The notes below the pieces were generated by a model. The model was given only the letters and a program-made list of their open reading frames with translations. It did no database searches and was not told the DNA's origin. From positions 9,619 through 73,618 of the IMG/VR virus record IMGVR_UViG_3300020440_001565: a DNA stretch of 64,000 nucleotides; one strand, given 5' to 3'. Positions 30,122 through 39,945 of this stretch are shown piece by piece; the stretch's first letter is position 1, and each line of letters starts with the position of its first letter. The position numbers and the translations under genes were made by a program. Origin of the DNA: a virus (Duplodnaviria > Caudoviricetes).

Positions 30122-31238
30122 TACCCTTTCCTAAGAACACATCTACAGTTCTATCTATTGTTCCATCTTGATAGTCTGATATGATACCCTGTTTAGGGTG
30201 AGGCTGTTCCATCCATAATTTAATTTTTGAAATTGCATCTTCCATTGACCACGGAACATACATTCTTGTACCATCATTACCAAATACTTCTGGAAACGAT
30301 CTGTATGCAGGATAAACAACATTACAACCTAATGTATCACCTTCTGATACTGTGTTGGATACCCAGTCTTGTAAAGCACAATTAAACAATACTCTTGAAT
30401 CATTTAGTATATTGTAATAATCATTCTTTTTAAGATTTTCATAAATTTTAAATAATCCTTTTGATTCTAATTCTTTTGCTCTTGTTACATAAGCAGGATT
30501 ATTACTTCTTAATGCACCACCAGAACAAATTGCAAATTCTACATCAGGATCAACATCTGCTTTATACTTTTCAATTAGATCCATAAAAAATCCTGGTTGT
30601 TTTTCTTGATCCCATCTTGCCGCAAATACTACTCGCTTTGCTCTTTCATTAAATGGTTTGATGTTTGGAATTCGTTCTTGTACTTCTGACTTACCAAACG
30701 GCAATCCTGTTACATATAATGGAGAATCAAACAAACTAATTCTTAAATGTGATGCCATTTCTTCTGACGCAATTAATATACCGTCTACAAAATTATCACA
30801 AATCATTTCATAGTGTCTCATCCACTTTGTCATTCCCCATACATTAACAAAGTCATCTGGATCAATTGTTTGTGCTAGACATCTCACATAGACTCTTGGT
30901 TTATATTCTGCTGGAGATTGATCCATAATATATGGCAATGATTCCATACCTGGTTGAAACATATCTTCAAAGAATATTACGTCTTCATGTGTTACTTCAC
31001 CATTACGCATCATTTTAACTAAATTTTGTATTTGGCTCATACCAAAATATGATCTACCATGTGCATCAAGAACTTGTCCTGTTACAATAGCTTTTGAATC
31101 ATCTAAGTTATCGCCTGGAACAATAACATAATCTATTCCTCTTTTTTCAAAGACTCTTTTGTTCCACTCTGTTAGCTGTAGTGTATATCTGGCTTCGTAG
31201 GCTTCTAAGCCCATGTAAAATAATTTTCTCATACTCAT
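30063..31238 (-). CDS. GT-B fold glycosyltransferase
   Basis: RVVFAARWDQEKQP, VSEGDTLGCNVVYPAYRSFPE. Confidence 0.8.
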   Translation of the reverse strand: MSMRKLFYMGLEAYEARYTLQLTEWNKRVFEKRGIDYVIVPGDNLDDSKAIVTGQVLDAHGRSYFGMSQIQNLVKMMRNGEVTHEDVIFFEDMFQPGMESLPYIMDQSPAEYKPRVYVRCLAQTIDPDDFVNVWGMTKWMRHYEMICDNFVDGILIASEEMASHLRISLFDSPLYVTGLPFGKSEVQERIPNIKPFNERAKRVVFAARWDQEKQPGFFMDLIEKYKADVDPDVEFAICSGGALRSNNPAYVTRAKELESKGLFKIYENLKKNDYYNILNDSRVLFNCALQDWVSNTVSEGDTLGCNVVYPAYRSFPEVFGNDGTRMYVPWSMEDAISKIKLWMEQPHPKQGIISDYQDGTIDRTVDVFLGKGSDYARNDSRYRDHVAPAKI

Positions 31239-31253
31239 AATATAACAAACTCC

Positions 31254-31640
31254 TTAGGTATTGTCAACAATTTTATTTTTCTTATAATCCTGATTTATAT
31301 GACTTTTGTAAGAATGACAGACTTTGCAAAGTGTCTGTATATTGTCTTGGAAATTATTTTTTTGATTTCCATCTTTATGATCCAATTCCAATGCTCCAGA
31401 ATATGGAATATAGGTTGTACATTCATATCCCAATCTAGAATCTATATTCTCACAATAGGTTTTTTTGAAAAAGGTTACGCCTTCTTCGAGTTGTCTTGCT
31501 CCATATGATGCTTGATGACATTTCCAACATACTGGTCGTAGTTTGTATTTTCCACTTTTTGTTACTGGTCTTTCACAACCATAATTTATACAGATAGGTA
31601 ATACATCTTGCACGTTACTATAAACTTCCAATATAGGCAC
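31254..31640 (-). CDS. HNH endonuclease
   Basis: LELDHKDGNQKNNFQDNIQTLCKVCH plus N-terminal Cys motifs. Confidence 0.85.
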   Translation of the reverse strand: MPILEVYSNVQDVLPICINYGCERPVTKSGKYKLRPVCWKCHQASYGARQLEEGVTFFKKTYCENIDSRLGYECTTYIPYSGALELDHKDGNQKNNFQDNIQTLCKVCHSYKSHINQDYKKNKIVDNT

Positions 31641-31703
31641 AAAGCAGATAAAAAGAAATCAGTCCAACTATTCCGCCAAAAATATATGCTTTAATTAATT
31701 TCA

Positions 31704-33173
31704 TCATTCAAATAAATTTCCAAAATTTGTAGTAACTTCTTCTTTAACTTTTTTCTCTTTCATTACCATAGCTGGTACTTCTTCAACAAGTTGATCAAAT
31801 GTTGTTGTTCTTGGTGCTCCTGAAAACTTTGCTTTTGATAAAGCATTTAACAATGAACTATTTTTATTAATTAGATCCATTGGCTTTTCACTAGCAAATA
31901 CTTCTTTGGTCAAATCAATAAACTCTAAAACATTTTCTGGAATAGATCTAATATCTTTTGCATCTGTTCTTCTATTTGCTTCTTGAACAGCATCAATATG
32001 TTGATAGATATTATGAGCCATGAGTAACACATAACTCAAACTATCCCAAGACGTTTTGGATTCGTAGTCTGTGCCCCGGCAACAGATATCGCCTTCCATG
32101 TAACAATCCATAACAGGTGTATTGGTAACAAATGTTTCGTACTCGCCCGGGATCTTATCTGCGTACTTTCTCGAAAAGTTTCCTGCGTACTTCTTGTTAT
32201 CTTTGGCTTTGTCCATTGTGAATCCAAAACGTGGGTTCTTTCTCATCATGTCAAATTCATTTTCAGTATATACTAGCCCTCTTGCTACCGATACAAATGC
32301 TGAAGCTGAATCAAATGAAACTTCTATATTAGGATTGATTTTTACAAGTTCTCTCTTGATTGCTGTCAACATGACAGCTGGTTCTAGTGCTGATGTGCCT
32401 AAGAAGTGTATCCAATCTTTCCCATCAAAATGATTACCATCTCTCATTTTAATCATTCTATATAAAATTAGTTTCCACCATCTCATATGTTCACCACCCA
32501 TAGCCCAACCTTCGAATGCTTTATCACCATATATTTTTGGATCACTAAATGGAGCCATAGTATCAAACCATTCATCAGCTGATGCTATATCATTACCTTG
32601 AATAACATTTAAGAATTTTGTTGCTCCTGGTACTCTGTGTTTCATAAACCATTCATTATTATAGGCTGTGTAAGCCATACAATCTCTCACAGTATTAACA
32701 CCAATACCTAGACTGACTGAAAAACTAGGAATATCTAAACACATACTCCAATCGGCAGTATGTTCTAACCATCTAAGAATTTGCATTCTTATATCATCAT
32801 TCTTATGTCCAGGAGTAAGAAAGTTCTCCCAATCAAATTTAAGAATACCTTTTGCTACTTGAAAGCCACCTGAGTCACCTAGTATGATAGTTTTGTCTCT
32901 CGGTCTTTTTTGTACAAATGCTTCTTGTTCATTTGACTTTGCAATATCTAATTTTGCATGACCCGCCGAATATAGAGACCATTTATAATTGAACATTCCT
33001 TTATCTTCATAGAGATACTTAAGACTATCCAATCCTTTTGGTAATCCTTTTGGAACTCTGTCTCCATATTTTTCTTGTGCGTTCTTTGAAAGTAAGTCTG
33101 CGTATATAAAACTTATTGCTGGTAAAAACACAGCATAGTCTTTATTTTTTATTGTTAGGTTTTCCGATTCCAT
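31704..33173 (-). CDS. tRNA-guanine transglycosylase-fold protein (DpdA-like)
   Basis: GDSGGFQ, CLDIP, NVIQG, WAMGG, HFLG, SFDS, LMAHN. Confidence 0.8.
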   Translation of the reverse strand: MESENLTIKNKDYAVFLPAISFIYADLLSKNAQEKYGDRVPKGLPKGLDSLKYLYEDKGMFNYKWSLYSAGHAKLDIAKSNEQEAFVQKRPRDKTIILGDSGGFQVAKGILKFDWENFLTPGHKNDDIRMQILRWLEHTADWSMCLDIPSFSVSLGIGVNTVRDCMAYTAYNNEWFMKHRVPGATKFLNVIQGNDIASADEWFDTMAPFSDPKIYGDKAFEGWAMGGEHMRWWKLILYRMIKMRDGNHFDGKDWIHFLGTSALEPAVMLTAIKRELVKINPNIEVSFDSASAFVSVARGLVYTENEFDMMRKNPRFGFTMDKAKDNKKYAGNFSRKYADKIPGEYETFVTNTPVMDCYMEGDICCRGTDYESKTSWDSLSYVLLMAHNIYQHIDAVQEANRRTDAKDIRSIPENVLEFIDLTKEVFASEKPMDLINKNSSLLNALSKAKFSGAPRTTTFDQLVEEVPAMVMKEKKVKEEVTTNFGNLFE

Positions 33174-33498
33174 GTTTATCTTGCTCTACTAGTTTCATAA
33201 ATTCAGTCATTTGTTGTGGATAATGTTTTTTACAATGCTCAATCATTTTTTCTGGTGTGAATTCATCTACTCTGTTTTTTACCCATTCCATTGTAACACA
33301 TTCTAATATTGATGTTGCTGAGTCCATATGCCTTCTTTTTACTCTGTCTACAAAATGTACTTCTTCAAACATTTCGTACTTTCCTTCTTGCCCAAAGTTC
33401 TTCATCGATGGATTCGAACCTTTCTTGGGAGAGTAACTGTGCATTATCACAATAAACTTACCTTTGTTCTTTGTATACACTCTGCTTCTTTCTAACAC
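33142..33498 (-). CDS. Hypothetical protein
   Basis: 118 aa ORF; start uncertain. Confidence 0.6.
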   Translation of the reverse strand: MLERSRVYTKNKGKFIVIMHSYSPKKGSNPSMKNFGQEGKYEMFEEVHFVDRVKRRHMDSATSILECVTMEWVKNRVDEFTPEKMIEHCKKHYPQQMTEFMKLVEQDKHGIGKPNNKK

Positions 33499-33571
33499 CT
33501 AACAGATAACCCATTGTGAATGCTAACCCAATGAATACTACTATTATCAATGTGTGCCATGCTAAAAACAT
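33458..33571 (-). CDS. Small TM peptide (37 aa, not in ORF track)
   Basis: MFLAWHTLIIVVFIGLAFTMGYLLGVRKKQSVYKEQR; TAATG coupling. Confidence 0.45.
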   Translation of the reverse strand: MFLAWHTLIIVVFIGLAFTMGYLLGVRKKQSVYKEQR

Positions 33572-34500
33572 TATTTAGATTTCCTTATATATTCCAGTTC
33601 GACCATAGTAGCCGCAAGATTAATTTCTGGGTCAACCACTACAGAGTGATTGACTAGCCCTTCACGAAGTGTGAGTAAGGCTTTGTTTTGTTTCTCTTCA
33701 GTTTCCCCAAACCATTCTAAATTTTCATACATTTTTCTATAGACCTTTTCATATTGTTCAGGGTCGGCGTGTTCAATAATATATTGTCTTGCCTGTTTAA
33801 TTTGTCCATTTTGAAAGAATGCTATATATTTAACTTCTACGTCTGTTTCAGATACATCACCTTCTGAAGGTGGTTTTAAATTGCCTGTCTGCGAATTCAT
33901 CTGACATATATTAATACATTTTCTTAAGTCAGGGTATGATGCTTTTACATAAGTCTGTAAATCTTCCATATCAAATTTGATGCCTTCAGTTTGTAATACT
34001 TCACCTATTCTAACTGTGAACATTGTTTGATCAAGTTTCAATATTTTAAAACCTTGACATCTTGAATGGATAGCTGGAATTATTCTTCTCTCATAATTAC
34101 AAGTCAACAAAAATCTACAAGTCGATGCAAACATTTCCATAACACCACGAAGTGCCGCTTGACCATTTGGACTTATATAATCTGCTTCATCAAGTAACAC
34201 ATACTTGAATTCACCAAATGGCATTGTTTGTGAAAAGTTTGTAATCTTATCTCTAATTGTATCAACAGAGTTTTCTGACGATGCATTAATTTGTAATACA
34301 TCACCCCAATCAACTTTTAGTTCATGTAATAGTAATTTTGCTAGTGTGGTTTTACCTGTGCCTGGTGCACCTGAAAATAACAAATGTGGAATTGCATTGG
34401 ATTTTATCCAACTTTGTACTTGATTCTTTTGTACATCATCTCTGAATACATATTCCGATATCTTTTTCGGTCTGTATTTTTCAACCCATAAATCTTTCAT
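33571..34500 (-). CDS. Clamp loader subunit (gp44/RFC-small-like)
   Basis: LWVEKYRP, GAPGTGKT, LLDEAD, HSRC. Confidence 0.95.
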   Translation of the reverse strand: MKDLWVEKYRPKKISEYVFRDDVQKNQVQSWIKSNAIPHLLFSGAPGTGKTTLAKLLLHELKVDWGDVLQINASSENSVDTIRDKITNFSQTMPFGEFKYVLLDEADYISPNGQAALRGVMEMFASTCRFLLTCNYERRIIPAIHSRCQGFKILKLDQTMFTVRIGEVLQTEGIKFDMEDLQTYVKASYPDLRKCINICQMNSQTGNLKPPSEGDVSETDVEVKYIAFFQNGQIKQARQYIIEHADPEQYEKVYRKMYENLEWFGETEEKQNKALLTLREGLVNHSVVVDPEINLAATMVELEYIRKSK

Positions 34501-34501
34501 G

Positions 34502-34795
34502 TTACCACCTTAGCTTTTCGATTGTCTTCAGTTTAGCATCTTTAAATCGAATTGTCAACTCATCGCAACCACAATTTTCCCAAACAAAGTCTTTACCATA
34601 TTCCAACCCAGCTTTTCCAAGTGTGTTGCATACAATGGCTACTGCTTCAACGTCTTTGTAATTGGCGTTCAAGGCACCTCCTTCAACGGAAGTACCTGAA
34701 TGCTCACCTATATAGGTTTCTCTATTTGTAATTTTATCTGTATCGAGTGTTAGCTCGTGTTCAAATTTAGAGATAATCTGTTGTAGGCTTTTCAT
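34502..34795 (-). CDS. Hypothetical protein
   Basis: 97 aa ORF. Confidence 0.6.
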   Translation of the reverse strand: MKSLQQIISKFEHELTLDTDKITNRETYIGEHSGTSVEGGALNANYKDVEAVAIVCNTLGKAGLEYGKDFVWENCGCDELTIRFKDAKLKTIEKLRW

Positions 34796-35108
34796 CCGAT
34801 ATTCCCAAAATGTCTTTGTTGTCCACTAATCTTAAATCAAAAGTTTCACCGTCTTCGTCTTGCATTTGAATTCCTTGTGTCCATCTTCCATGGTCAATTA
34901 AAATCCAATCACCGGTCTTAAAATCTGTTACTTCAGGTCCAACAGCATACACTTGAGCCCATCTGGAACGAATACCTCTTTCGCCATCACTCGCATTGTC
35001 GCTGGAAGGTATAATAATACCACCTTTGGTCTTACCCATACCCTTTTCAATATTTCTAACTAGTATACGATCCTTTATGGGACGGATCTTCCCGTAGACT
35101 GTATTCAT
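34767..35108 (-). CDS. GroES-like co-chaperonin
   Basis: IRPIKDRILV, TKGGIIIP, VYAVGP, GDWILI. Confidence 0.9.
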   Translation of the reverse strand: MNTVYGKIRPIKDRILVRNIEKGMGKTKGGIIIPSSDNASDGERGIRSRWAQVYAVGPEVTDFKTGDWILIDHGRWTQGIQMQDEDGETFDLRLVDNKDILGISDEKPTTDYL

Positions 35109-35114
35109 AATATA

Positions 35115-35462
35115 TTACTCTTCAGTTTCTCTAATTTCAATATCACCGTTTGGTAATTCCACTTCAACTGTTTTTTTCACTTTTGCTTTCGCAGGTGATT
35201 TTTTAAGAACAGTTTTTTGTCCTGGGTGCTCTTGTACTGAAGCTGTAACAGGGTCTTTTATCGACATTGTTCTTGACACAGCTTTTGGATTATTTTGGTA
35301 ATATGCTGTGGCTTCTTGTTTCTTAGATGATACTACTTGACCACCTTTGATTTTGTCACCTCTGGCATTCACGCCCATGTTACCAAGTGCTATTGCTTCT
35401 TCGTTTTGAAGAGCAAGAACATCCATATCAACAACTTTGCCTCTGTTTGATCTTCTTTGCAT
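35115..35462 (-). CDS. Phage hypothetical protein
   Basis: ALGNMGVNARGD motif. Confidence 0.7.
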   Translation of the reverse strand: MQRRSNRGKVVDMDVLALQNEEAIALGNMGVNARGDKIKGGQVVSSKKQEATAYYQNNPKAVSRTMSIKDPVTASVQEHPGQKTVLKKSPAKAKVKKTVEVELPNGDIEIRETEE

Positions 35463-35495
35463 AATGCTTCTCCTTAATATACGTATATTATGTAT

Positions 35496-36008
35496 TTATT
35501 TCAAAAAATCCTTAATATCAAGATTATACTTCATACTATCAACTTTATGAACACCCATTAAAAATAACACATATGATGATACTGATGAACCTCTTCCAAC
35601 ACCCCAAATTATGTTATTTTTACGCATTAAATCTATAATGTACTTTAACACCTTTAAAACATTTTGTAAACCGAATTCTTTATATAATTGCATTTCATAT
35701 TCCACTCTTATTTGTTCTTCTGGTGTTTTAATCAACTCTTTGATGTATTGCTCAATATCCATATCTAGATATTCTTGTGGAATATGCCAATTTTTCTGCT
35801 GTTCTTTATCAAACTCTTCTATGCTTATATCCTGCTTATTCGTGCTTAAAAGGGCCCTATAATCCAATTTAAACGCCTTTACAGCGTCATTGTGTTCTTC
35901 TGCTATACTTTGAGCTACCAAAACATTATCTAGGGGCAAATCTTGGTATAGTGCTTCAACTATATCAGATCTGTCTAGTACACATTGTCCATATTTGTTT
36001 GTTACCAT
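35496..36008 (-). CDS. Stand-alone fragment resembling DNA polymerase III alpha (DnaE)
   Basis: RVEYEMQLY...YIIDLMRKNNIIWGVGRGSSVSSYVLFLMGVHKVDSMKYNL. Confidence 0.8.
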   Translation of the reverse strand: MVTNKYGQCVLDRSDIVEALYQDLPLDNVLVAQSIAEEHNDAVKAFKLDYRALLSTNKQDISIEEFDKEQQKNWHIPQEYLDMDIEQYIKELIKTPEEQIRVEYEMQLYKEFGLQNVLKVLKYIIDLMRKNNIIWGVGRGSSVSSYVLFLMGVHKVDSMKYNLDIKDFLK

Positions 36009-36058
36009 AGCTTTATTATATACTATGTTATTAAAAATGTAAAGAGTTAATTTAAATC

Positions 36059-37183
36059 TTATTGATTATTTTTCGATGTCTTATTATATTTCGTATGATC
36101 GCTAGTAAGTCTTGAGCTGTGATTACTATATTTTTTATTGTGAACGCAAAACTCATTACATATTTTTGAATGCTCTTTTTCAATAATACTATATAAACTT
36201 CTACCATACCAAGAATTTGATAATATTTCTAGTAATTTATGTCCATGCAAGTTATTGGAATTTACATCAAATCCTGGCAACAAATCACCTGTAATTGCTT
36301 TTGCCTGTGGTGCCCCTTTGGCTGTCCAACAACAAGGCCATACTGTACCCCATGGATCTATTTGTACTCGTTTATCCTGATACCATTTACATGGTGTAAC
36401 CATCGCGGCTTTACCTTTAAGTGCAATATGTCTATAAGGATCTTGTTTAAAGTATACAAACTTCGCACCAAAGTTTTTAGTTTTTGTATGTTTAATTTGA
36501 TAACTTCCATCATGTACATCTATCGACTCCTCGTTTCTATCAAAACTTGGTCTCATAAAATGTCTAGTAGCACCTAGCTTTTCTGCTAAAGCTGAAATTT
36601 CATCTAGTTGATCTATGTTGTGATCAAATACTGTTGTGACTATATCTGCATTACCACCTGCATTGGTAAATGCTTTTATATTCTCACATATCTTTTTAAA
36701 ACTTGTATTACGTCTATATAAATGGTGTGTATCTTCTAGGCCGTCCATAGCAAATTCAACTTTATGTGAATATGCATTTGCTAGTACTTTAGCAAACTCT
36801 GTCCACCATGCTGGATTCCTTATACTTCCGTTTGTGTCTATTTTAATATTTGTTTCAGGATGACTATCCGTAATACTTTGACAAATTTCTGTTATCTGAG
36901 GATGCATAATAGCATCACCCCAAACACCATTAAAATTAATTTTTACAAGTTTTATTGTTTTTGTATCTTCCGTCATAACTCTTTTCCACAAGTCAAGATC
37001 TAAATGAGTAAATTTTAAGTGAGGTATTGGATCACCACCCTTGTAGTTTCTAACACAGCTAACACATTTGGCATTACAATAGCTTGTGGCATCTACTTGA
37101 AGATAGGCTGTACGTTGAGCCCATCGAAAAGCCCGGGTAGTTGGCCGGGCTTCTCCATATTGTATTTTATTTCGTTTCGTCAT
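36059..37183 (-). CDS. Radical SAM protein with SPASM/twitch domain
   Basis: CNAKCVSC; GTVWPCCW; terminal CNEFC. Confidence 0.9.
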   Translation of the reverse strand: MTKRNKIQYGEARPTTRAFRWAQRTAYLQVDATSYCNAKCVSCVRNYKGGDPIPHLKFTHLDLDLWKRVMTEDTKTIKLVKINFNGVWGDAIMHPQITEICQSITDSHPETNIKIDTNGSIRNPAWWTEFAKVLANAYSHKVEFAMDGLEDTHHLYRRNTSFKKICENIKAFTNAGGNADIVTTVFDHNIDQLDEISALAEKLGATRHFMRPSFDRNEESIDVHDGSYQIKHTKTKNFGAKFVYFKQDPYRHIALKGKAAMVTPCKWYQDKRVQIDPWGTVWPCCWTAKGAPQAKAITGDLLPGFDVNSNNLHGHKLLEILSNSWYGRSLYSIIEKEHSKICNEFCVHNKKYSNHSSRLTSDHTKYNKTSKNNQ

Positions 37184-37445
37184 TATATTCTGCGTCTTCT
37201 ATCTCATCAGTAACGTCATATTCAAAATCATCATCGTCGTCACACTCGCATTCGCCTTCGCAACCACATGATAATTCTTCATCATCTTCGTCATCCATAT
37301 TAGTTTCATCTTCGTGAATTTCTCTAACTTTTTCTATTAACTCTTCAACATCCCATTTGATATCATCCATCATATCAAGTTTCTCTTGGATCTTCTCTAG
37401 AGCTTCGTCTACTGTATAAATTTCATCAATATTGTAGTCAGCCAT
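37167..37445 (-). CDS. Very acidic Cys-containing small protein
   Basis: 92 aa, D/E-rich, SCGCEGECEC cluster. Confidence 0.65.
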   Translation of the reverse strand: MADYNIDEIYTVDEALEKIQEKLDMMDDIKWDVEELIEKVREIHEDETNMDDEDDEELSCGCEGECECDDDDDFEYDVTDEIEDAEYNDETK

Positions 37446-37531
37446 ATTTATTCCCTCCTGCATAAGAATTTAACTATTCAATAATATTTAAGATGTACCA
37501 AACAAAAATTAGTACTCATAGAACAATAATG

Positions 37532-38728
37532 TTATGCTTTATTATATTGAATTCCTAAGTCATTAAATATAAATTGTCCGTTTTGATTTCTTAAAGTATC
37601 TTTTATCTGTGTGTCTGTAACTAGCTGATTCATCATTTCATTTTGCCATGCTTCAGGATCTCGTTCTTTAAATGTGTAGTTTTGACCAGATTGTGTTCTT
37701 GGTTCATACTTAATTTGTTTTAATAGTTGTTTACTACAATGTCCTTTTCCTGTTGCAAGATACTCTTTTATATCTTCTAAAATTTTCTTAGGAAGATTTA
37801 ATGGATTGTAATACCAAGGCCAATAAGCTATTTCAATGTTATGCCACCAACCATCTTCCATCGCCCAATTTTCCCATTCAACAAGATTCTTAGCATTTAA
37901 AATTGAAATAGTATTTTTTAGTTGAATATCAATTTTATCTCTATATGGTTTTAGTTTTTCTATATTAGTTAGAAACTTATCCCAGGTATGAGGATAACGA
38001 ATATAATTGTAAACATCTTCTGTTCCGTCAACACTTATATTTAAAATTGCTTGTTTAAAATTCAACATATCATCATATAATTTTAATCTTTTGTTTGTGT
38101 TGTTTGTTGTTATTATAATCACAGTATGTTTAGCATGACCTGTTTTTGCAAACCATTCTACTAGATCATGTACTGGTTCTATTAATGTTGGCTCTCCACC
38201 TGTAAATTTTAACGTCCTTACTTGATCTGCGTGTGCTTTTATATCTTCATAAAAAGCAGGATCTTTATACCAACTATTATCTTTATATTTTAACGAACTG
38301 AGTGGTCCTTTTAAATTCTTTGATGACGGCCAATTAAGATGTTTGTTATTGATCAGTTCTTTTTCTATTAGTGATGATGAACCTGGACCACACATTCTAC
38401 ACATTAAGTTACACTTGTTACCTAACTTTAAATCTAAAAAAGAATAAGGATCTGTTGTAATTTGGCCTTTTTTATATTTGTTCCAGCCATTTAATCTATA
38501 ACTGGTTAGTCCGGCTTTTTCTTTAGTCCAACACGTTTCGCACCTTTTATCTTCTATACCTTTATCAAGATTATCTTTTAACAATTTTGTCCATACATGA
38601 TTTTCATAATCTTCGCCAACATGAACCATTGCCATTCCTGATGGAATTTGACAACAGGGTTTTATATTGCCATTCGCTGAAACTGTTCTACCACCATCAA
38701 CATAGATGCATTTTTTTGAATCTTTCAT
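37532..38728 (-). CDS. Radical SAM protein with N-terminal twitch-like Cys domain
   Basis: GNIKPCC...CETCW, CNLMCRMC, FTGGEPT. Confidence 0.9.
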   Translation of the reverse strand: MKDSKKCIYVDGGRTVSANGNIKPCCQIPSGMAMVHVGEDYENHVWTKLLKDNLDKGIEDKRCETCWTKEKAGLTSYRLNGWNKYKKGQITTDPYSFLDLKLGNKCNLMCRMCGPGSSSLIEKELINNKHLNWPSSKNLKGPLSSLKYKDNSWYKDPAFYEDIKAHADQVRTLKFTGGEPTLIEPVHDLVEWFAKTGHAKHTVIIITTNNTNKRLKLYDDMLNFKQAILNISVDGTEDVYNYIRYPHTWDKFLTNIEKLKPYRDKIDIQLKNTISILNAKNLVEWENWAMEDGWWHNIEIAYWPWYYNPLNLPKKILEDIKEYLATGKGHCSKQLLKQIKYEPRTQSGQNYTFKERDPEAWQNEMMNQLVTDTQIKDTLRNQNGQFIFNDLGIQYNKA

Positions 38729-38749
38729 ACTAGTATTTAAGACTAATAT

Positions 38750-39052
38750 TTAGGATTTATCTTTCGCTTTTTCTTGTCTTTTTTGGAGCATATCAACATA
38801 CCGCTTGAGCTGTACATCTAGTCTATCTTTGCTATCTGTGTCATAGTATTCTTGAATAAACTCAAACATTATTGCGGCAGTTTCTTTTGGGGAATAATTA
38901 AGTACTAATTTTTGAAGATGATAGTGGCATCTTTTTTTGATTTCATCACTTGTCAGTACAACCTTGTCTGACACTTCTTTTCCTTCAATACCCATCTTTA
39001 TGGGTTCGGGAGGTGCTTTCTGTGACTCTTGCTCGTCTGAGTACTTACTCAT
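38750..39052 (-). CDS. Hypothetical protein
   Basis: Likely start MSKYSDEQ. Confidence 0.6.
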   Translation of the reverse strand: MSKYSDEQESQKAPPEPIKMGIEGKEVSDKVVLTSDEIKKRCHYHLQKLVLNYSPKETAAIMFEFIQEYYDTDSKDRLDVQLKRYVDMLQKRQEKAKDKS

Positions 39053-39308
39053 TGTATCCTTCTTGCCTATCTTCTTCACCGATAGTCAAATTTTCTCTAA
39101 ATGTTTTAGGTAGCATTTCATATTGTTTCTTCATCAATCTATCATGCCATTCCATTTGTATCGTAAACTGTTGTTTTGCTAACTGTTCACGAACTCCTTG
39201 ATAGCCACCAAACCTCATAATATAATTTAGTTTCTTGTTGATACTTTGCTGTTTCTTAACAAGATCCTGATTATTCATTTGTTTAAAATCTTCTTTATAC
39301 TCACTCAT
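39045..39308 (-). CDS. Hypothetical protein
   Basis: Likely start MSEYK. Confidence 0.6.
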   Translation of the reverse strand: MSEYKEDFKQMNNQDLVKKQQSINKKLNYIMRFGGYQGVREQLAKQQFTIQMEWHDRLMKKQYEMLPKTFRENLTIGEEDRQEGYNE

Positions 39309-39939
39309 TCCACAACGTCCTTGATATGGCACTAATTCTATCAAAATCATATTTCTGTTCTGGAACTTCGTGCCAAGTTTGTTCTGAGTTTGGGTAACAA
39401 AAATATGTACCTGGATTACATTTTATTTGTGTTACTCTTTTTTTCTTACTTTCAGACAACCATATTCCTGATTCTTTGCAATCACATTCATTGTCAGCAT
39501 AGCATTTTGTTTCAGGAAAATAAATCTGTTGAGTAAACATTCTATTGAAATTTTCACCACTCTTTTTATTAATATTGTCTATAACGTGCATATCATTGTG
39601 TGGTATTTGTTTTGCACCTTTTCTGTGCCAAGAAAACGACCACGTTGAATCAAATTCTTTTGGTAGTGTCATATTAAATCTTTTTATTAGATTAGCAAGA
39701 AATTCATATCTTGTCAATGGCTCAAATATCATTTTTATTTCTTTGTCCACATCATTGTCCAGCCATATATTAGAAGATACTCTAGAATCTAATTCCCAGT
39801 TTACTCCTGTTTTTAATCTATTATGTATTATTAAAGATGTATCATTATTAATCATCTTTTCAACAACCAAATACGGCCATGGAGCAAATTGGATCTGCTC
39901 GTTCGTGATTAGTGCTGTGATTTTATCAATTGAAAACAT
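39301..39939 (-). CDS. 2OG-Fe(II) oxygenase-like protein
   Basis: PHND (HxD) ... TWHEV ... R. Confidence 0.75.
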   Translation of the reverse strand: MFSIDKITALITNEQIQFAPWPYLVVEKMINNDTSLIIHNRLKTGVNWELDSRVSSNIWLDNDVDKEIKMIFEPLTRYEFLANLIKRFNMTLPKEFDSTWSFSWHRKGAKQIPHNDMHVIDNINKKSGENFNRMFTQQIYFPETKCYADNECDCKESGIWLSESKKKRVTQIKCNPGTYFCYPNSEQTWHEVPEQKYDFDRISAISRTLWNE

Positions 39940-39945
39940 AAAATT

